This document shows, one piece after another, positions 1 through 9,096 of a stretch of 64,000 bases of DNA. How positions within the stretch are numbered: position 1 is the stretch's first letter; every line of letters begins with the position of its first letter. The notes under the pieces were generated by a model, which saw only the letters and a program-made list of their open reading frames with translations, ran no database searches and was not told the origin of the DNA. The position numbers and the translations under genes were made by a program. Source of the DNA: a virus; IMG/VR virus record IMGVR_UViG_3300042305_000730, positions 32,979 through 96,978 of that record, one strand, 5' to 3'.

Positions 1-845
1 ACCACATCAAGCGTATTTCCGCTCTTTGTGAGACCATCGCCAGCAATGACTTGACCAGCACCTGAGAACTGAACAAAGGTTAACCCTGTTGTTCCAAGAG
101 TAATCGTGTCGTTTGTTGTAAGAACAAAACCGTTGTCTCCGTTTACTGTACCTTCAGCAACGAAGGTAAACATTCCTGTCGTAACTTTTGCTGATGTATT
201 GGCATCAGTTGCGCGAGAGGCGGCACCAGAAGCAACCGCTACATAAATACCGTTTTCAGATGCTGTGCTCTGGTCTTTGAGGAGAACACGATCACCAGCA
301 ACAAGTGTGACTCCGTCAATTACGTCGCCTGCTTCAAGAGCCGAAGCGATTGCCACTGGAGCAACGGAAGCGACTCTTACTGAATCTTTGACATCAAGAC
401 CTTGACGAGCGGCATCAACATAACCCTTGGTGGCAATGTGTGCGGCATCTGTTGGGTCGGCAACTTTTGCGTTACCAGAGGCATCTCGCTTGACAAGTTT
501 GCTTGCAGTTGCATCTGAGGTTGCATCTGTGAGCATCTGCCACATTGCGGCTGGTAATAGACCCGCACTATCAGTATCAGCAACAGCAAGAGTAAGGGTA
601 ACTGTGCCGTTTGATTCAGATACGGTAAGGGCTTCAGCAATACCTGCACCACCACCTGAAACAATGGTGTGTGGTAGCGAGCGCCAAGCACTGTTTGCAT
701 AAACCTTAATTGTGTCAGTCGTGGACTGGTAAATTAAGCGGCCTTCAAAGTTACCACTTGATGGGTCTGCGCCCACAACCTCAAAGGTAGCGTTAATCAG
801 TTGATTCTGATTAAGGTCAATATTAGTTAGAAACTTCTGAGCCAT
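1..845 (-). CDS. virion structural / tail-fibre-like protein (runs off the left window edge)
   Basis: Not in the ORF track; read by hand from ATG 845: MAQKFLTNIDLNQNQL...ATKGYVDAARQGLDVKDSVRVAS...LVAGDRVLLKDQSTASENGIY..., a motif typical of phage fibre/decoration proteins; open to position 1. Confidence 0.75.
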   Translation of the reverse strand, partial: MAQKFLTNIDLNQNQLINATFEVVGADPSSGNFEGRLIYQSTTDTIKVYANSAWRSLPHTIVSGGGAGIAEALTVSESNGTVTLTLAVADTDSAGLLPAAMWQMLTDATSDATASKLVKRDASGNAKVADPTDAAHIATKGYVDAARQGLDVKDSVRVASVAPVAIASALEAGDVIDGVTLVAGDRVLLKDQSTASENGIYVAVASGAASRATDANTSAKVTTGMFTFVAEGTVNGDNGFVLTTNDTITLGTTGLTFVQFSGAGQVIAGDGLTKSGNTLDV

Positions 846-854
846 TAAGTGTCC

Positions 855-1313
855 TTACGTGAGGTAGGCGTATCCTGAGAACGCTGATGTAAAGTTTACT
901 ACAACTTGTGTGGTGCTTACATAGGTGACTTCTCCGATAACGACTGTTTTGGCGCTATCCACGATAGATACTGATGGGTATCCACCCAAAGCATGATTAA
1001 TTGTCCATGTTGTAGAGGTTGTTCCTTGAGTATGTATATGCCGAACGGAGGCTGGGTAAACAAGGTTTAATACTTGGTTAGGCGCAATCCCTGTAATGCT
1101 GGCACTTGCGTCAGTGGCAACAGTAACCGTCCCAATAGATAGAGCGTTTGGAGGGCCAGCAACGCCTGGATCGCTAACAATCAAATCTACAGTGGAAATT
1201 TCCCCAGTGACTAGAGACTCTACTGCCGCAGAATCTTGAAGAACTACTGTACTTTTTGGAGATGTAATGACAACACTGGTGTCATCATCCAGAGTTAAGA
1301 CATAATCAGGCAT
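855..1313 (-). CDS. minor virion protein
   Basis: Thr/Val-rich beta-type sequence ending TWTINHALGGYPSVSIVD...FSGYAYLT, between structural genes. Confidence 0.6.
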   Translation of the reverse strand: MPDYVLTLDDDTSVVITSPKSTVVLQDSAAVESLVTGEISTVDLIVSDPGVAGPPNALSIGTVTVATDASASITGIAPNQVLNLVYPASVRHIHTQGTTSTTWTINHALGGYPSVSIVDSAKTVVIGEVTYVSTTQVVVNFTSAFSGYAYLT

Positions 1314-2016
1314 ACGGGTTCGTGGAGATGGATGCGTCTACTGAAATGGTTCCAGCGGCTAGTCGTTCCCAGTCTCCTGCCGAATCTTGGACAAATAGAT
1401 CAAAGGTATGAACTCCCGCTGGAATACTGTTTTTATCAGAAATATGCATTTCTAGAGTTACTCCTGCTTTTGGAGCCAAGTAACCCCTTCTATTTGCCGT
1501 AAGTGCAACAATTGTATTTTCTGCTGGAATGGATGAATACCAACGTAGATCTAGTACCGTAGTGCCAGCAGTATCCTTTGCTTGCAAGTAGGCATTAGTG
1601 ACAGCCTGTAACGTGCCAGTGCTGTCTTTCCATGTAAAAGTTTTGCGGAAATCCTCATATTGTTTCATACGAAGTTCCATATATTGAGCCTCATCTCTAT
1701 CAGTAACGGTGTCGCCTGTATTGACAGTAATGACCCCTTTAGTTACTTGATAGTAAACATCGTCATAAACTGCTAAGACATCATACTCTAAGTTACCAAT
1801 TGGCAACTCTAGTGTTTCTGCAGCGGTTAGGTAAAGACGAACATCCCCTGATCCGTTAACCGTTGCCGTGATGTTTTTCTTAGACTGGGTAGTTGTTTGT
1901 ATCTGGGCTTTAACAGCACTAGGTACCATTTTCCTTCGCCTAGTTTTGCTCTTAATACAAATTATACGATCAAACGGCAAACCACGGGAGGCAGTGTAAT
2001 TAACGGTTCGGGCCAT
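1306..2016 (-). CDS. virion protein with two tandem BppU-N-like Ig domains
   Basis: Two similar halves (LPIGNLEYDVLA...KGVITV; IPAGVHTFDLFV...AGTISV). Confidence 0.55.
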   Translation of the reverse strand: MARTVNYTASRGLPFDRIICIKSKTRRRKMVPSAVKAQIQTTTQSKKNITATVNGSGDVRLYLTAAETLELPIGNLEYDVLAVYDDVYYQVTKGVITVNTGDTVTDRDEAQYMELRMKQYEDFRKTFTWKDSTGTLQAVTNAYLQAKDTAGTTVLDLRWYSSIPAENTIVALTANRRGYLAPKAGVTLEMHISDKNSIPAGVHTFDLFVQDSAGDWERLAAGTISVDASISTNPYA

Positions 2017-2022
2017 TGCAAC

Positions 2023-2028
2023 AGTTTA
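2023..2028 (-). promoter_or_regulatory. -10 box (TAAACT) of leaderless promoter
   Basis: TAAACT 6 nt before ATG 2016; no SD. Confidence 0.5.
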
Positions 2029-2036
2029 CTACAAGG

Positions 2037-2336
2037 CTACTGACCTTTTTTCTTCCTTGGAAAGTCATGCCCGACCTCTAGCATCTTCTTGCGAACAAAA
2101 CTTTCCATGTTTTTAACGGCACGGTGGTCTGAAGGGGTGCTTGCCATGTGCACAATTCCATCATCCTTGATACGCAGTTGAATGTGCCCGCTGTGTGTTT
2201 TATGGCCCATCACTGGAGTGCTTGCTTGGCTTATACGGGAAAGCACCTCACGAAAAGGCTTATGGGTAGTTAGGGAGCGAATACGATCTTCACTGAGTGC
2301 ATGTTGCTCCCAATTAAGGTTATTCTCACCAGCCAT
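2037..2336 (-). CDS. HicA-like toxin/RNase fold protein
   Basis: HSGHIQLR...IVHMASTPSDHRAVKN resembles actinophage HicA-like proteins; leader MAGENNLNWEQ. Confidence 0.55.
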   Translation of the reverse strand: MAGENNLNWEQHALSEDRIRSLTTHKPFREVLSRISQASTPVMGHKTHSGHIQLRIKDDGIVHMASTPSDHRAVKNMESFVRKKMLEVGHDFPRKKKGQ

Positions 2337-2342
2337 CCTTAA

Positions 2343-2348
2343 AGATTA
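2343..2348 (-). promoter_or_regulatory. -10 box (TAATCT) of leaderless promoter
   Basis: 6 nt before ATG 2336. Confidence 0.45.
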
Positions 2349-2588
2349 CTACATGCGGTGTAACAGGGTACGTTTCATCCGTGCATAGGCTTGCTCATAC
2401 TCTTCTGTCTGCTCATCGGTGAATACACGAACTGCGTAGATACATGGGTCTCCACCCTGATCTAACTCCTCTTCTTCCTTATCGGAAGTGGGCAACCCAT
2501 CGTGGATGTAGCAGGTTGGGTAAAGGCACCATTTATGATCAATCCCAATTGCTAACCATTCATCAAAACCCATAAGTTGTTCTGACAC
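2349..2588 (-). CDS. hypothetical protein
   Basis: SD GGAG; WC..PTCYIHDGLP...GGDPCI motif. Confidence 0.65.
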   Translation of the reverse strand: MSEQLMGFDEWLAIGIDHKWCLYPTCYIHDGLPTSDKEEEELDQGGDPCIYAVRVFTDEQTEEYEQAYARMKRTLLHRM

Positions 2589-2597
2589 ATTTTCTCC

Positions 2598-2756
2598 CTA
2601 TTTTGAAACCGCTAATGTTACTTGATACTCCCCATATTCAGGTTGGTCAATAGCAGTTACCATCGCAGTCTTGAACCCTTGGGTGTGGGCTAGTGTAACA
2701 GCCTGTTCCTTTGCGTCAAGCATCTGGGGCGTAAAAATATGATAAGTGATTATCAT
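2598..2756 (-). CDS. small hypothetical protein (52 aa)
   Basis: Hand-translated MIITYHIFTPQ...VTLAVSK; fills the gap. Confidence 0.5.
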   Translation of the reverse strand: MIITYHIFTPQMLDAKEQAVTLAHTQGFKTAMVTAIDQPEYGEYQVTLAVSK

Positions 2757-2771
2757 GCCATTGTCCTATCA

Positions 2772-2930
2772 TTAATAATCATATTTTGAAAACTTCTTTA
2801 TTTTCTTCTTTTCTTTGCGATCATTAGAGGATTTACGGTTTTCTTTATGAATGTGCAAATCTTTGTAATGTCCTTCTAAGTCATCTTCCTCTTGAAGAAA
2901 CTGCTTACTTAAGTTATTATTTTGATTCAT
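2772..2930 (-). CDS. small hypothetical protein (52 aa) with NLSKQF leader
   Basis: Hand-translated MNQNNNLSKQFLQEEDD...KYDY. Confidence 0.5.
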   Translation of the reverse strand: MNQNNNLSKQFLQEEDDLEGHYKDLHIHKENRKSSNDRKEKKKIKKFSKYDY

Positions 2931-3062
2931 ATTTATTAAGAAGCAAGACTGACAACCTTTGTTCTAGTCTTTTGTTTTCTTGTACAAGGATTTGCCTAAA
3001 GCGATCCTTACCGTACTGGCCTAATCCATGTTGTTTTTTCATAACTTTAAGCATAGTATAAG

Positions 3063-4352
3063 TTAGAACAACCTGATAGACAGGCTGCCATCCTTTCCTC
3101 TTATGACACCTGGTCTACTGTTCTTATTTTCTTCTTTTATTTCTCTTTGCCTTACTGCAACATGATCCATGCGTTTTACGTTTACGCTCTTAGGTAATGG
3201 TGGTGCAGTTGGGGCAAGTTTTTCATAACCAGGAAGGGTGCTTTGCGTCTTTGGTGGCAGTGGTGCAGTGTAATGGGCGTGTACAGCCTGAGAATACTCT
3301 CCAACATCACCAAGACCTAATTGTTTTAAACCTTCACGGACATGGGGATGGTTCTCCACCATTTGACCTAAATACAGATGTCGGGCAGTAGTTGCGTACT
3401 TTGAGTTTTTTGCTGCTAACTTGCCAGTCTTTTCTTCTATATTTTGCCTTAAAGGCGCTAAGTGCTTGTCGGCAAGGGCATCCATATCTGGCAAAGACTC
3501 AATACCAGCCTTTCCATGCATAGCAACATGCAACCTAGTTGCTGCGTACAATGCTTGTTCGTGCCGATCTCTCCACCCTTTAAAGTTTACGCCGTAACCA
3601 CCACCAGTTTTCTTAAGATCTAAAACCCGTTCATCATTTTCAATAGGGTTTAGGTAGCGCTCGTTTACCTCGTCACCACTCTCAAAATCCGTTGTTGTTC
3701 CAAACCTATCCTTATACCCATCTGCAACACCCTCAAACACAGGAGAGGTTACTACCTTACCTTTAGTAGTTGATTTGGCAGTTTCTATTTCTCGGTACCC
3801 AAGCCTTTTACCATTATATTGTGTTGTTCTAGCGCCTTGAGCACTTAGGTGATCTTGGTCTTCTTTATGACCCCATTCGTGGGTAAATGTGTTTCCTAGG
3901 TCGTGATGTGATGCAGGGTCACCATGTACGTTATATGCGTTCATTACTATTTTGTTATCCCCAGCACTGTACTGTCCAGCCCGTTTAGTGGATCGCAGTC
4001 CTTCAACTCTAATTGGGTTTTTTTCCAACATAGTTTTTGAAATGTTAGTGGATGCTATTGCTTGAGGTATATCCTTCTTTACAACCCCATATACAGAATA
4101 TCTATGTAAGTTACCTATATCTGATGAGCCAATACTTGTTGCTTGTCTAATATCTTGTTCTCGTTGCTTAGATCCATACAGTGGATCATTACGAGACTGT
4201 GTTGCGGTATCTGGGTGGAAAAGTAAACCTTGTGGGTTTTTGGAGCGTGGCGTTCCACCAGACCCTCCATAAGAGTGCGTATCTTCGTAAGGGGTTGTTT
4301 TGTCATCACCTTCAAAGTAAGTATTATTAAACTGTTCTCCAAGGTTAGGCAT
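3063..4352 (-). CDS. zincin-like metallopeptidase domain protein
   Basis: TFTHEWGH (HExxH) with downstream FEGVADGY; leader MPNLGEQF. Confidence 0.6.
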   Translation of the reverse strand: MPNLGEQFNNTYFEGDDKTTPYEDTHSYGGSGGTPRSKNPQGLLFHPDTATQSRNDPLYGSKQREQDIRQATSIGSSDIGNLHRYSVYGVVKKDIPQAIASTNISKTMLEKNPIRVEGLRSTKRAGQYSAGDNKIVMNAYNVHGDPASHHDLGNTFTHEWGHKEDQDHLSAQGARTTQYNGKRLGYREIETAKSTTKGKVVTSPVFEGVADGYKDRFGTTTDFESGDEVNERYLNPIENDERVLDLKKTGGGYGVNFKGWRDRHEQALYAATRLHVAMHGKAGIESLPDMDALADKHLAPLRQNIEEKTGKLAAKNSKYATTARHLYLGQMVENHPHVREGLKQLGLGDVGEYSQAVHAHYTAPLPPKTQSTLPGYEKLAPTAPPLPKSVNVKRMDHVAVRQREIKEENKNSRPGVIRGKDGSLSIRLF

Positions 4353-4358
4353 AGGTTA

Positions 4359-4364
4359 ATTATA
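4359..4364 (-). promoter_or_regulatory. -10 box (TATAAT) of leaderless promoter
   Basis: Consensus TATAAT 6 nt before ATG 4352. Confidence 0.6.
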
Positions 4365-4369
4365 AACCA

Positions 4370-4543
4370 TTATCCACCGTTAGAGTAAAAACCCCTACCT
4401 ACAAGGTTTACTGCTGGAGAAAAGTAAACAGGGCGCAATCTTTCATTACAGTCAGGACACAAGATTGTTCTTTGCTCATCGTAGATACTACGGGTTTCTT
4501 CGTGCCGATGGTCGTTTGAACACTTGTAGGCGTATGTGGGCAT
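4370..4543 (-). CDS. FmdB-family zinc-ribbon protein (57 aa)
   Basis: Hand-translated MPTYAYKCSNDH...CPDC...VYFSPAVNLVGRGFYSNGG, matching the FmdB pattern MPxYxYxC...CPxC...GxGFY. Confidence 0.75.
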   Translation of the reverse strand: MPTYAYKCSNDHRHEETRSIYDEQRTILCPDCNERLRPVYFSPAVNLVGRGFYSNGG

Positions 4544-4545
4544 AG

Positions 4546-5121
4546 TTATAAGCCTAACTCTTCTTTTGCCTCAGCGTGATACCCGCCCCCATCTCGTTCT
4601 TCTGCCCCAGGGTCAGTATTGAACTGTTGAGTACTTATATACTGAACATGCCCTGATGTTACTAACTGGTGTGGAATTACATAAGAAGTAGAGCCTGGGT
4701 CTTCCCAACGATTTCTATACTTGTTAATACTGGTTTTGCTATTTTCCTTTACCCGCATGTTTTCTTGATAATCCTTGGGCGGTTTAGGTGCGTTGTCGCT
4801 GTATCCCTCTTCGTGTGGGTCTTCAAAAGTCATCATTGACGGGCGTTTATTAATTTGGTAAGTGTGCATATATGTTGTGAAATCAGGACCGTTATTATCT
4901 TCTTGTATTCCCTCTTCAGTCATTTGACTGTAATACTGTTTTTCATGGGCATGCTGCATCATTAATGATCGGTCTAAAGCGGCATTTATTGTCCCAGCGT
5001 GAAACCCACTCTTTTTATAACCTTTTCTGAAAGGCTCAGCATGACTGGCAAGCACATGTGGGGGTGTTGGGTTATTACTAGCGTGATACACCGTAATGTT
5101 AGTTGGATCTTTCCTAGACAT
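4546..5121 (-). CDS. putative ADP-ribosyltransferase-fold protein
   Basis: VYHAS...GFHAGTINAALDR...MHTYQI...YRNRWED..STSYVI resembles H-type ART cores. Confidence 0.45.
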   Translation of the reverse strand: MSRKDPTNITVYHASNNPTPPHVLASHAEPFRKGYKKSGFHAGTINAALDRSLMMQHAHEKQYYSQMTEEGIQEDNNGPDFTTYMHTYQINKRPSMMTFEDPHEEGYSDNAPKPPKDYQENMRVKENSKTSINKYRNRWEDPGSTSYVIPHQLVTSGHVQYISTQQFNTDPGAEERDGGGYHAEAKEELGL

Positions 5122-5642
5122 TATTTAAACCCCTTTAAGTTCTTTCTTGCTCTGTGTTTTCCTTTGCTACCAAGTCCAGGTGCAGGTGCGGCAACCTTTC
5201 TGCTCCCTTGATCAAAAAATACTTCACCCTCACCCTCATGACCTATTCCGATGATGTGTTCCCGAGGAACTAGGTAGATGTGGAGTTTGTTGTCTTGACC
5301 GTAGTGGTGGATGCCAAACTCTTCTTTATTTGGATTATTGCCCGTCCACTCAGGATATATAGAACCACTTCGTATTTTGGCACTTTTAGGAACACCACCT
5401 CTGTGGGTTACTTGAACCTGATCAGGAAGGTTAACTTCATTCTTTAGATGCTGTTGCAGGTTTTGGTAGGGTTCACCACTCCTGTCTTTTGCTTCGTGTA
5501 AGTACTCTTTAGGCCACTTAGTAGTGCCATGTGACCATTGCTCTATATCACTCTCATAATCAGTACCTTCAAAGTATGGGGCATGTCCCTTTTCCCAACT
5601 TTCAGAAAACTGATCCCAATTAATACCTTCGTGTGCAGCCAT
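5121..5642 (-). CDS. putative ADP-ribosyltransferase (R-S-E-like)
   Basis: THRGG...SGSI...LHIYLVPREHII...EGEV; leader MAAHEGINWDQF. Confidence 0.45.
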   Translation of the reverse strand: MAAHEGINWDQFSESWEKGHAPYFEGTDYESDIEQWSHGTTKWPKEYLHEAKDRSGEPYQNLQQHLKNEVNLPDQVQVTHRGGVPKSAKIRSGSIYPEWTGNNPNKEEFGIHHYGQDNKLHIYLVPREHIIGIGHEGEGEVFFDQGSRKVAAPAPGLGSKGKHRARKNLKGFK

Positions 5643-6304
5643 TACATGCCTGGGAGTCGTGGTTGATCGTAATATTCTTTAGGTGCTGGCTGCTTTGCAG
5701 GGCGGAGCATCTGTTTAAGGAACTGCTTGCCTGCCATAACTTCTTTTTGAGGAATATAACCTTCATAAGCACCAGCCATGTCCAATATTTGTTTTGGATT
5801 ACGCATAATCACGGGTGCTATATCTTCTGGTTCAGGTTCTTCAGTCCGTTCAGCATCTGTCAACATGTCAGGGTTAGACCCGTGTGGGACTGCTATACCT
5901 TTATTGACAGCAGTTTTAGACAGTGCGCTGCTAAATTTAGTTAAAGACGAGCCTGTTACCATCTGTGCATGTGGGTGGTCTTGTTGGGCTAGTGCCATGA
6001 CCGTCATCATGTGGGGGCGAACACGCTTGTCTGCTCGCATACTGTCAACCGTAAGGGTTTCAGGAGTTCCGTAAAACAACTCGGTTGGGTACTTATGTGA
6101 TTCAGATAGTCGGGTTGGGTAACCATCTTCACCAAAATTAGGGTATTCCTGTGCTTTTTGATAAGTAAACTTTGCTTCACCTACTGGATGTATAGGCTTT
6201 TCATTGTCAAGGCTTGAATAACTTCCTTCAGTACCAACAACACCATATATCCTGCGGCGCTTTGCATAACTGTCGTCAGGTACGTTTTTATAGTACTGAG
6301 CCAT
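5642..6304 (-). CDS. hypothetical protein, possible degenerate GNAT fold
   Basis: TLTVDSMRADKRVR...SLTKFSSAL weakly GNAT-like; TAATG-coupled to its downstream neighbour. Confidence 0.4.
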   Translation of the reverse strand: MAQYYKNVPDDSYAKRRRIYGVVGTEGSYSSLDNEKPIHPVGEAKFTYQKAQEYPNFGEDGYPTRLSESHKYPTELFYGTPETLTVDSMRADKRVRPHMMTVMALAQQDHPHAQMVTGSSLTKFSSALSKTAVNKGIAVPHGSNPDMLTDAERTEEPEPEDIAPVIMRNPKQILDMAGAYEGYIPQKEVMAGKQFLKQMLRPAKQPAPKEYYDQPRLPGM

Positions 6305-6483
6305 TACTTATCCTTCTTCTTTGCTTTACGCTTCTCTAGAAGGTATTGTGGGTCACGCTTGGTAAACCCTGCGCTTTGATGGAGTTCGTCAATAGTAATA
6401 GGCTCACCGTCTATCCAGGTATGCCCTTTAGGGTTGGTGTTAGATTTCCAACGGAATTGGGGGCTTTCGTGCCTAGGGTCCAT
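6304..6483 (-). CDS. small hypothetical protein (MDPRHESPQF...)
   Basis: ATG 6483 overlaps the upstream stop (TAATG); preferred over the track start at 6525. Confidence 0.55.
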   Translation of the reverse strand: MDPRHESPQFRWKSNTNPKGHTWIDGEPITIDELHQSAGFTKRDPQYLLEKRKAKKKDK

Positions 6484-6851
6484 TAATCTATTTTCCTTTC
6501 TGGGTGCTTCATTCCAGGTTTCCAACCCATACCCTCGGCATACCCAATTACTTTAAAGCCCTTTTTGCTGTCAAAACTTTGCATAACGTTACCATCAGGC
6601 TTAATAAGGTCGGGGAATGCATCGGCATCATCATGTTCCCAAGGTTCAATTTCTGACCAATCATGGGGAACGACCTTATGTAGATGCTCACCAAACTCAC
6701 TGGCATAAGTAATGTCTTCTGTAGCGTGTACATCGTCATCCCCGTCTGCTTGGGGTACTACAGACCCACCTACAGGTATCTTATTTGGTGAACCGTGATA
6801 CAAGTAAGGGCCAAATAGTTCTTCGTTGATGTGTGTATGCTTACGAGTCAT
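6483..6851 (-). CDS. Arr-like ADP-ribosyltransferase domain protein
   Basis: LYHGS...VGGSVVP...VHATEDITYA...LHKVVP. Confidence 0.6.
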   Translation of the reverse strand: MTRKHTHINEELFGPYLYHGSPNKIPVGGSVVPQADGDDDVHATEDITYASEFGEHLHKVVPHDWSEIEPWEHDDADAFPDLIKPDGNVMQSFDSKKGFKVIGYAEGMGWKPGMKHPERKID

Positions 6852-6854
6852 TAG

Positions 6855-7265
6855 TTAATCCTCATACTTAATAGCATGTCCTTGGTTTTTGTGAAAACTT
6901 TCCCAACGAGACACTGTATCTTCAGGCATTACCCCACCATCTGCATTAGATAGATTAGGAATACTTCCCGCCTTATCTAACATAAAGTCCATAGCAGCAC
7001 CATGTGCTTCCCTTCGTGAACCAAAGTCTCGTGTTTGTGTACCACGCCCTACTAAACTAATTTCTTTTCTAGCAGGATTGTGCCACTCCCAACCATACTT
7101 ACCAGTTTTTACTTGGGTTAAAGAATCTTGCACACGCTTGCCTTCTCCACGTTTATACATTTCTGTCATTGTGCTTTCAGACATGCCAGGAGCGCCATAC
7201 GTAGCAACCTGCTCGTAGATATGTGGTCGCCATTCATTAAATTGATACTCATTAAGTGGTTTCAT
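6855..7265 (-). CDS. hypothetical protein with LNEYQF leader
   Basis: ORF with its own leaderless promoter. Confidence 0.65.
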   Translation of the reverse strand: MKPLNEYQFNEWRPHIYEQVATYGAPGMSESTMTEMYKRGEGKRVQDSLTQVKTGKYGWEWHNPARKEISLVGRGTQTRDFGSRREAHGAAMDFMLDKAGSIPNLSNADGGVMPEDTVSRWESFHKNQGHAIKYED

Positions 7266-7267
7266 GA

Positions 7268-7285
7268 ATCAAGTATAGATGGTTA
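7268..7285 (-). promoter_or_regulatory. leaderless promoter TAACCATCTATACTTGAT (identical to 9899-9916 on +)
   Basis: TATACT at 7272-7277, 6 nt before ATG 7265; exact 18-bp inverted copy at 9899. Confidence 0.7.
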
Positions 7286-7894
7286 TAAAGAAGTGTCTGG
7301 AGAAATAACTGTGTCAAATGGGTCAGACACATCTAACCCCTCTGGATACCAGATTTTAGTGTTTGTAATGTATTTAGGGCGTTCGTCTGTCAATTTAACA
7401 AAAGACTCGTCAAACACCAGCATACGGTTACCAGGCCAAGCGCCCACACGACCACAGTCTAAACGCACAAAGTTAAAGTGTTTATGCTGATCAGGGGTTG
7501 AGGAATACATATCGTCATAGGGCGCAGCAGTAAACATATACCTACCTGTTTCCCAGACCCCTTCTTTCATATACACCTTCACGGCTAGTTCAGACAATGC
7601 ACTGTATTCATGGGTAGTGAAATCTTGCCCGTAACAACTCCATACCTGTAGGTGGTCTAAAGGGTGGTGGTGTTTAGCAGGCGTATAGAAAGTTAAAGCG
7701 TGAAGGGGGACATGTTGGACTAAAGCGCCGTTTTCTAGGAGTAGGGATACTCCCCATGCCCTATTAGGGATTGCAGACAGCCCATAGACTAAGCAGGCTG
7801 TATATTCCCCAAACCCTTTTTCAAAGTTATACAGAAACTCATTCTGCACATAACAGTAAAATGGTTTAGGAATGTCTGTAATGTGCTTTGCCAT
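7283..7894 (-). CDS. hypothetical phage protein
   Basis: 203 aa ORF; TATACT at 7902-7907, 7 nt before ATG. Confidence 0.7.
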   Translation of the reverse strand: MAKHITDIPKPFYCYVQNEFLYNFEKGFGEYTACLVYGLSAIPNRAWGVSLLLENGALVQHVPLHALTFYTPAKHHHPLDHLQVWSCYGQDFTTHEYSALSELAVKVYMKEGVWETGRYMFTAAPYDDMYSSTPDQHKHFNFVRLDCGRVGAWPGNRMLVFDESFVKLTDERPKYITNTKIWYPEGLDVSDPFDTVISPDTSL

Positions 7895-7950
7895 TTACAT
7901 AAGTATATACGGACACATCAACGGCGAACTTTTTCGTTTATACTAGACAA
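7895..7950. promoter_or_regulatory. divergent pair of leaderless promoters
   Basis: TATACT on - (7902-7907) and on + (7939-7944, 6 nt before GTG 7951). Confidence 0.65.
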
Positions 7951-8460
7951 GTGCCAGCACGAGAGTACGTCAACAAGGGACAGTTCCCAGAGTCTAAATA
8001 TCGTAATAAACTACTGTATCGTGCTGTTACCTTGCATGACCCTGAAATTACTGAGAGATTACACGCAGGAACTATTTCCGCCCCAGAAGTACTCAAACAT
8101 CTAGGTTCCTCTACAGGAGTAGGAATGCATTGGGCTGGGGGCGGTCCAGACATGCTATACAGTAGTCGTATGCATGGTGCGGTAAACGACACCCCTGCCA
8201 CTGTAGTTATGACTATTCACCATAACGACCAAATGACCGACAACACTTGGCATGGTGAATTTAAAGGTCAAGGAGCCACCCTTGGTGAATACCATCCAAC
8301 AGTACCAACACAGGCGATAATGCACAGCATGGCGGTAGACACTGGTGACCCTACCAAACCAATGCAGTGGGATAGTGACCCCCATTGGAGACCTCTTCCT
8401 GGCTCTGCTGGTCTAAAAATTGAAACATTTTACGATAGAAAACTAGATCGTAATGGGTAA
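7951..8460 (+). CDS. hypothetical protein, possible ART fold
   Basis: LLYRAV...GVGMHW; leader MPAREYVNKGQF. Confidence 0.45.
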   Translation: MPAREYVNKGQFPESKYRNKLLYRAVTLHDPEITERLHAGTISAPEVLKHLGSSTGVGMHWAGGGPDMLYSSRMHGAVNDTPATVVMTIHHNDQMTDNTWHGEFKGQGATLGEYHPTVPTQAIMHSMAVDTGDPTKPMQWDSDPHWRPLPGSAGLKIETFYDRKLDRNG

Positions 8461-8749
8461 GCGACTCACTGCACAGCAGATCATGGATAACTACCAACCT
8501 GGGGATATTCTTAGGCATCAAGAACCTGAAGAGTTCTGGGGATACAAATTAGAAGAGGCCAAAACTAACAAAATATCTAAAGATAAGACTTTGTATCAAG
8601 ATATTGAAGAACGTGGGCAGCAAAAACCAATCACCCTTGGCTATAAAGGGCTTGGTGCTCCTTCTATCTTGGATGGTCACCACCGTTTAGCAGCATTACA
8701 CCACATGAACCCTAACCAGTTTGTTAAGTACCGAAGGGTAACCCCGTAA
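8453..8749 (+). CDS. ParB/Sulfiredoxin-like domain protein
   Basis: GQQKPITL...ILDGHHRLAAL. Confidence 0.75.
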   Translation: MGKRLTAQQIMDNYQPGDILRHQEPEEFWGYKLEEAKTNKISKDKTLYQDIEERGQQKPITLGYKGLGAPSILDGHHRLAALHHMNPNQFVKYRRVTP

Positions 8750-9096
8750 TGCCAGCACATGAAAGCCTGAGTAACTACCAATTTCGCTACCGCCCTGCCA
8801 AAATGAAGGCATTCCAGCATGAAGTCGCTGCTGTGGATAAAAAAACAGGTAAAAACGTAGGTTACCTACTCTGGAGGAACAGTGGCTCAGTAGATGAAGT
8901 GTATGTAAGTGAGCCAAAGCGTCGTATGGGCATGGCTACCGAAATGTGGAATCATGCAAATCGGGTGGCAGATGCTGCAAAAGGCAATGTTCCGCACCCA
9001 GAACACTCTTCATCCCGTACCGACGCAGGCGATGCTTGGGCGAAATCTGTAGGTGGATACATTCCACCGAACACCATGGACAAGGAAAAACGATAA
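8749..9096 (+). CDS. GNAT acetyltransferase
   Basis: VYVSEPKRRMGMATEM (motif A); leader MPAHESLSNYQF. Confidence 0.75.
   Translation: MPAHESLSNYQFRYRPAKMKAFQHEVAAVDKKTGKNVGYLLWRNSGSVDEVYVSEPKRRMGMATEMWNHANRVADAAKGNVPHPEHSSSRTDAGDAWAKSVGGYIPPNTMDKEKR

Noticed and set aside
377-702. ORF-track calls 377-700 (-) and 427-702 (+)
   Set aside because: Shadows of the real gene that starts at 845 and runs off the window.
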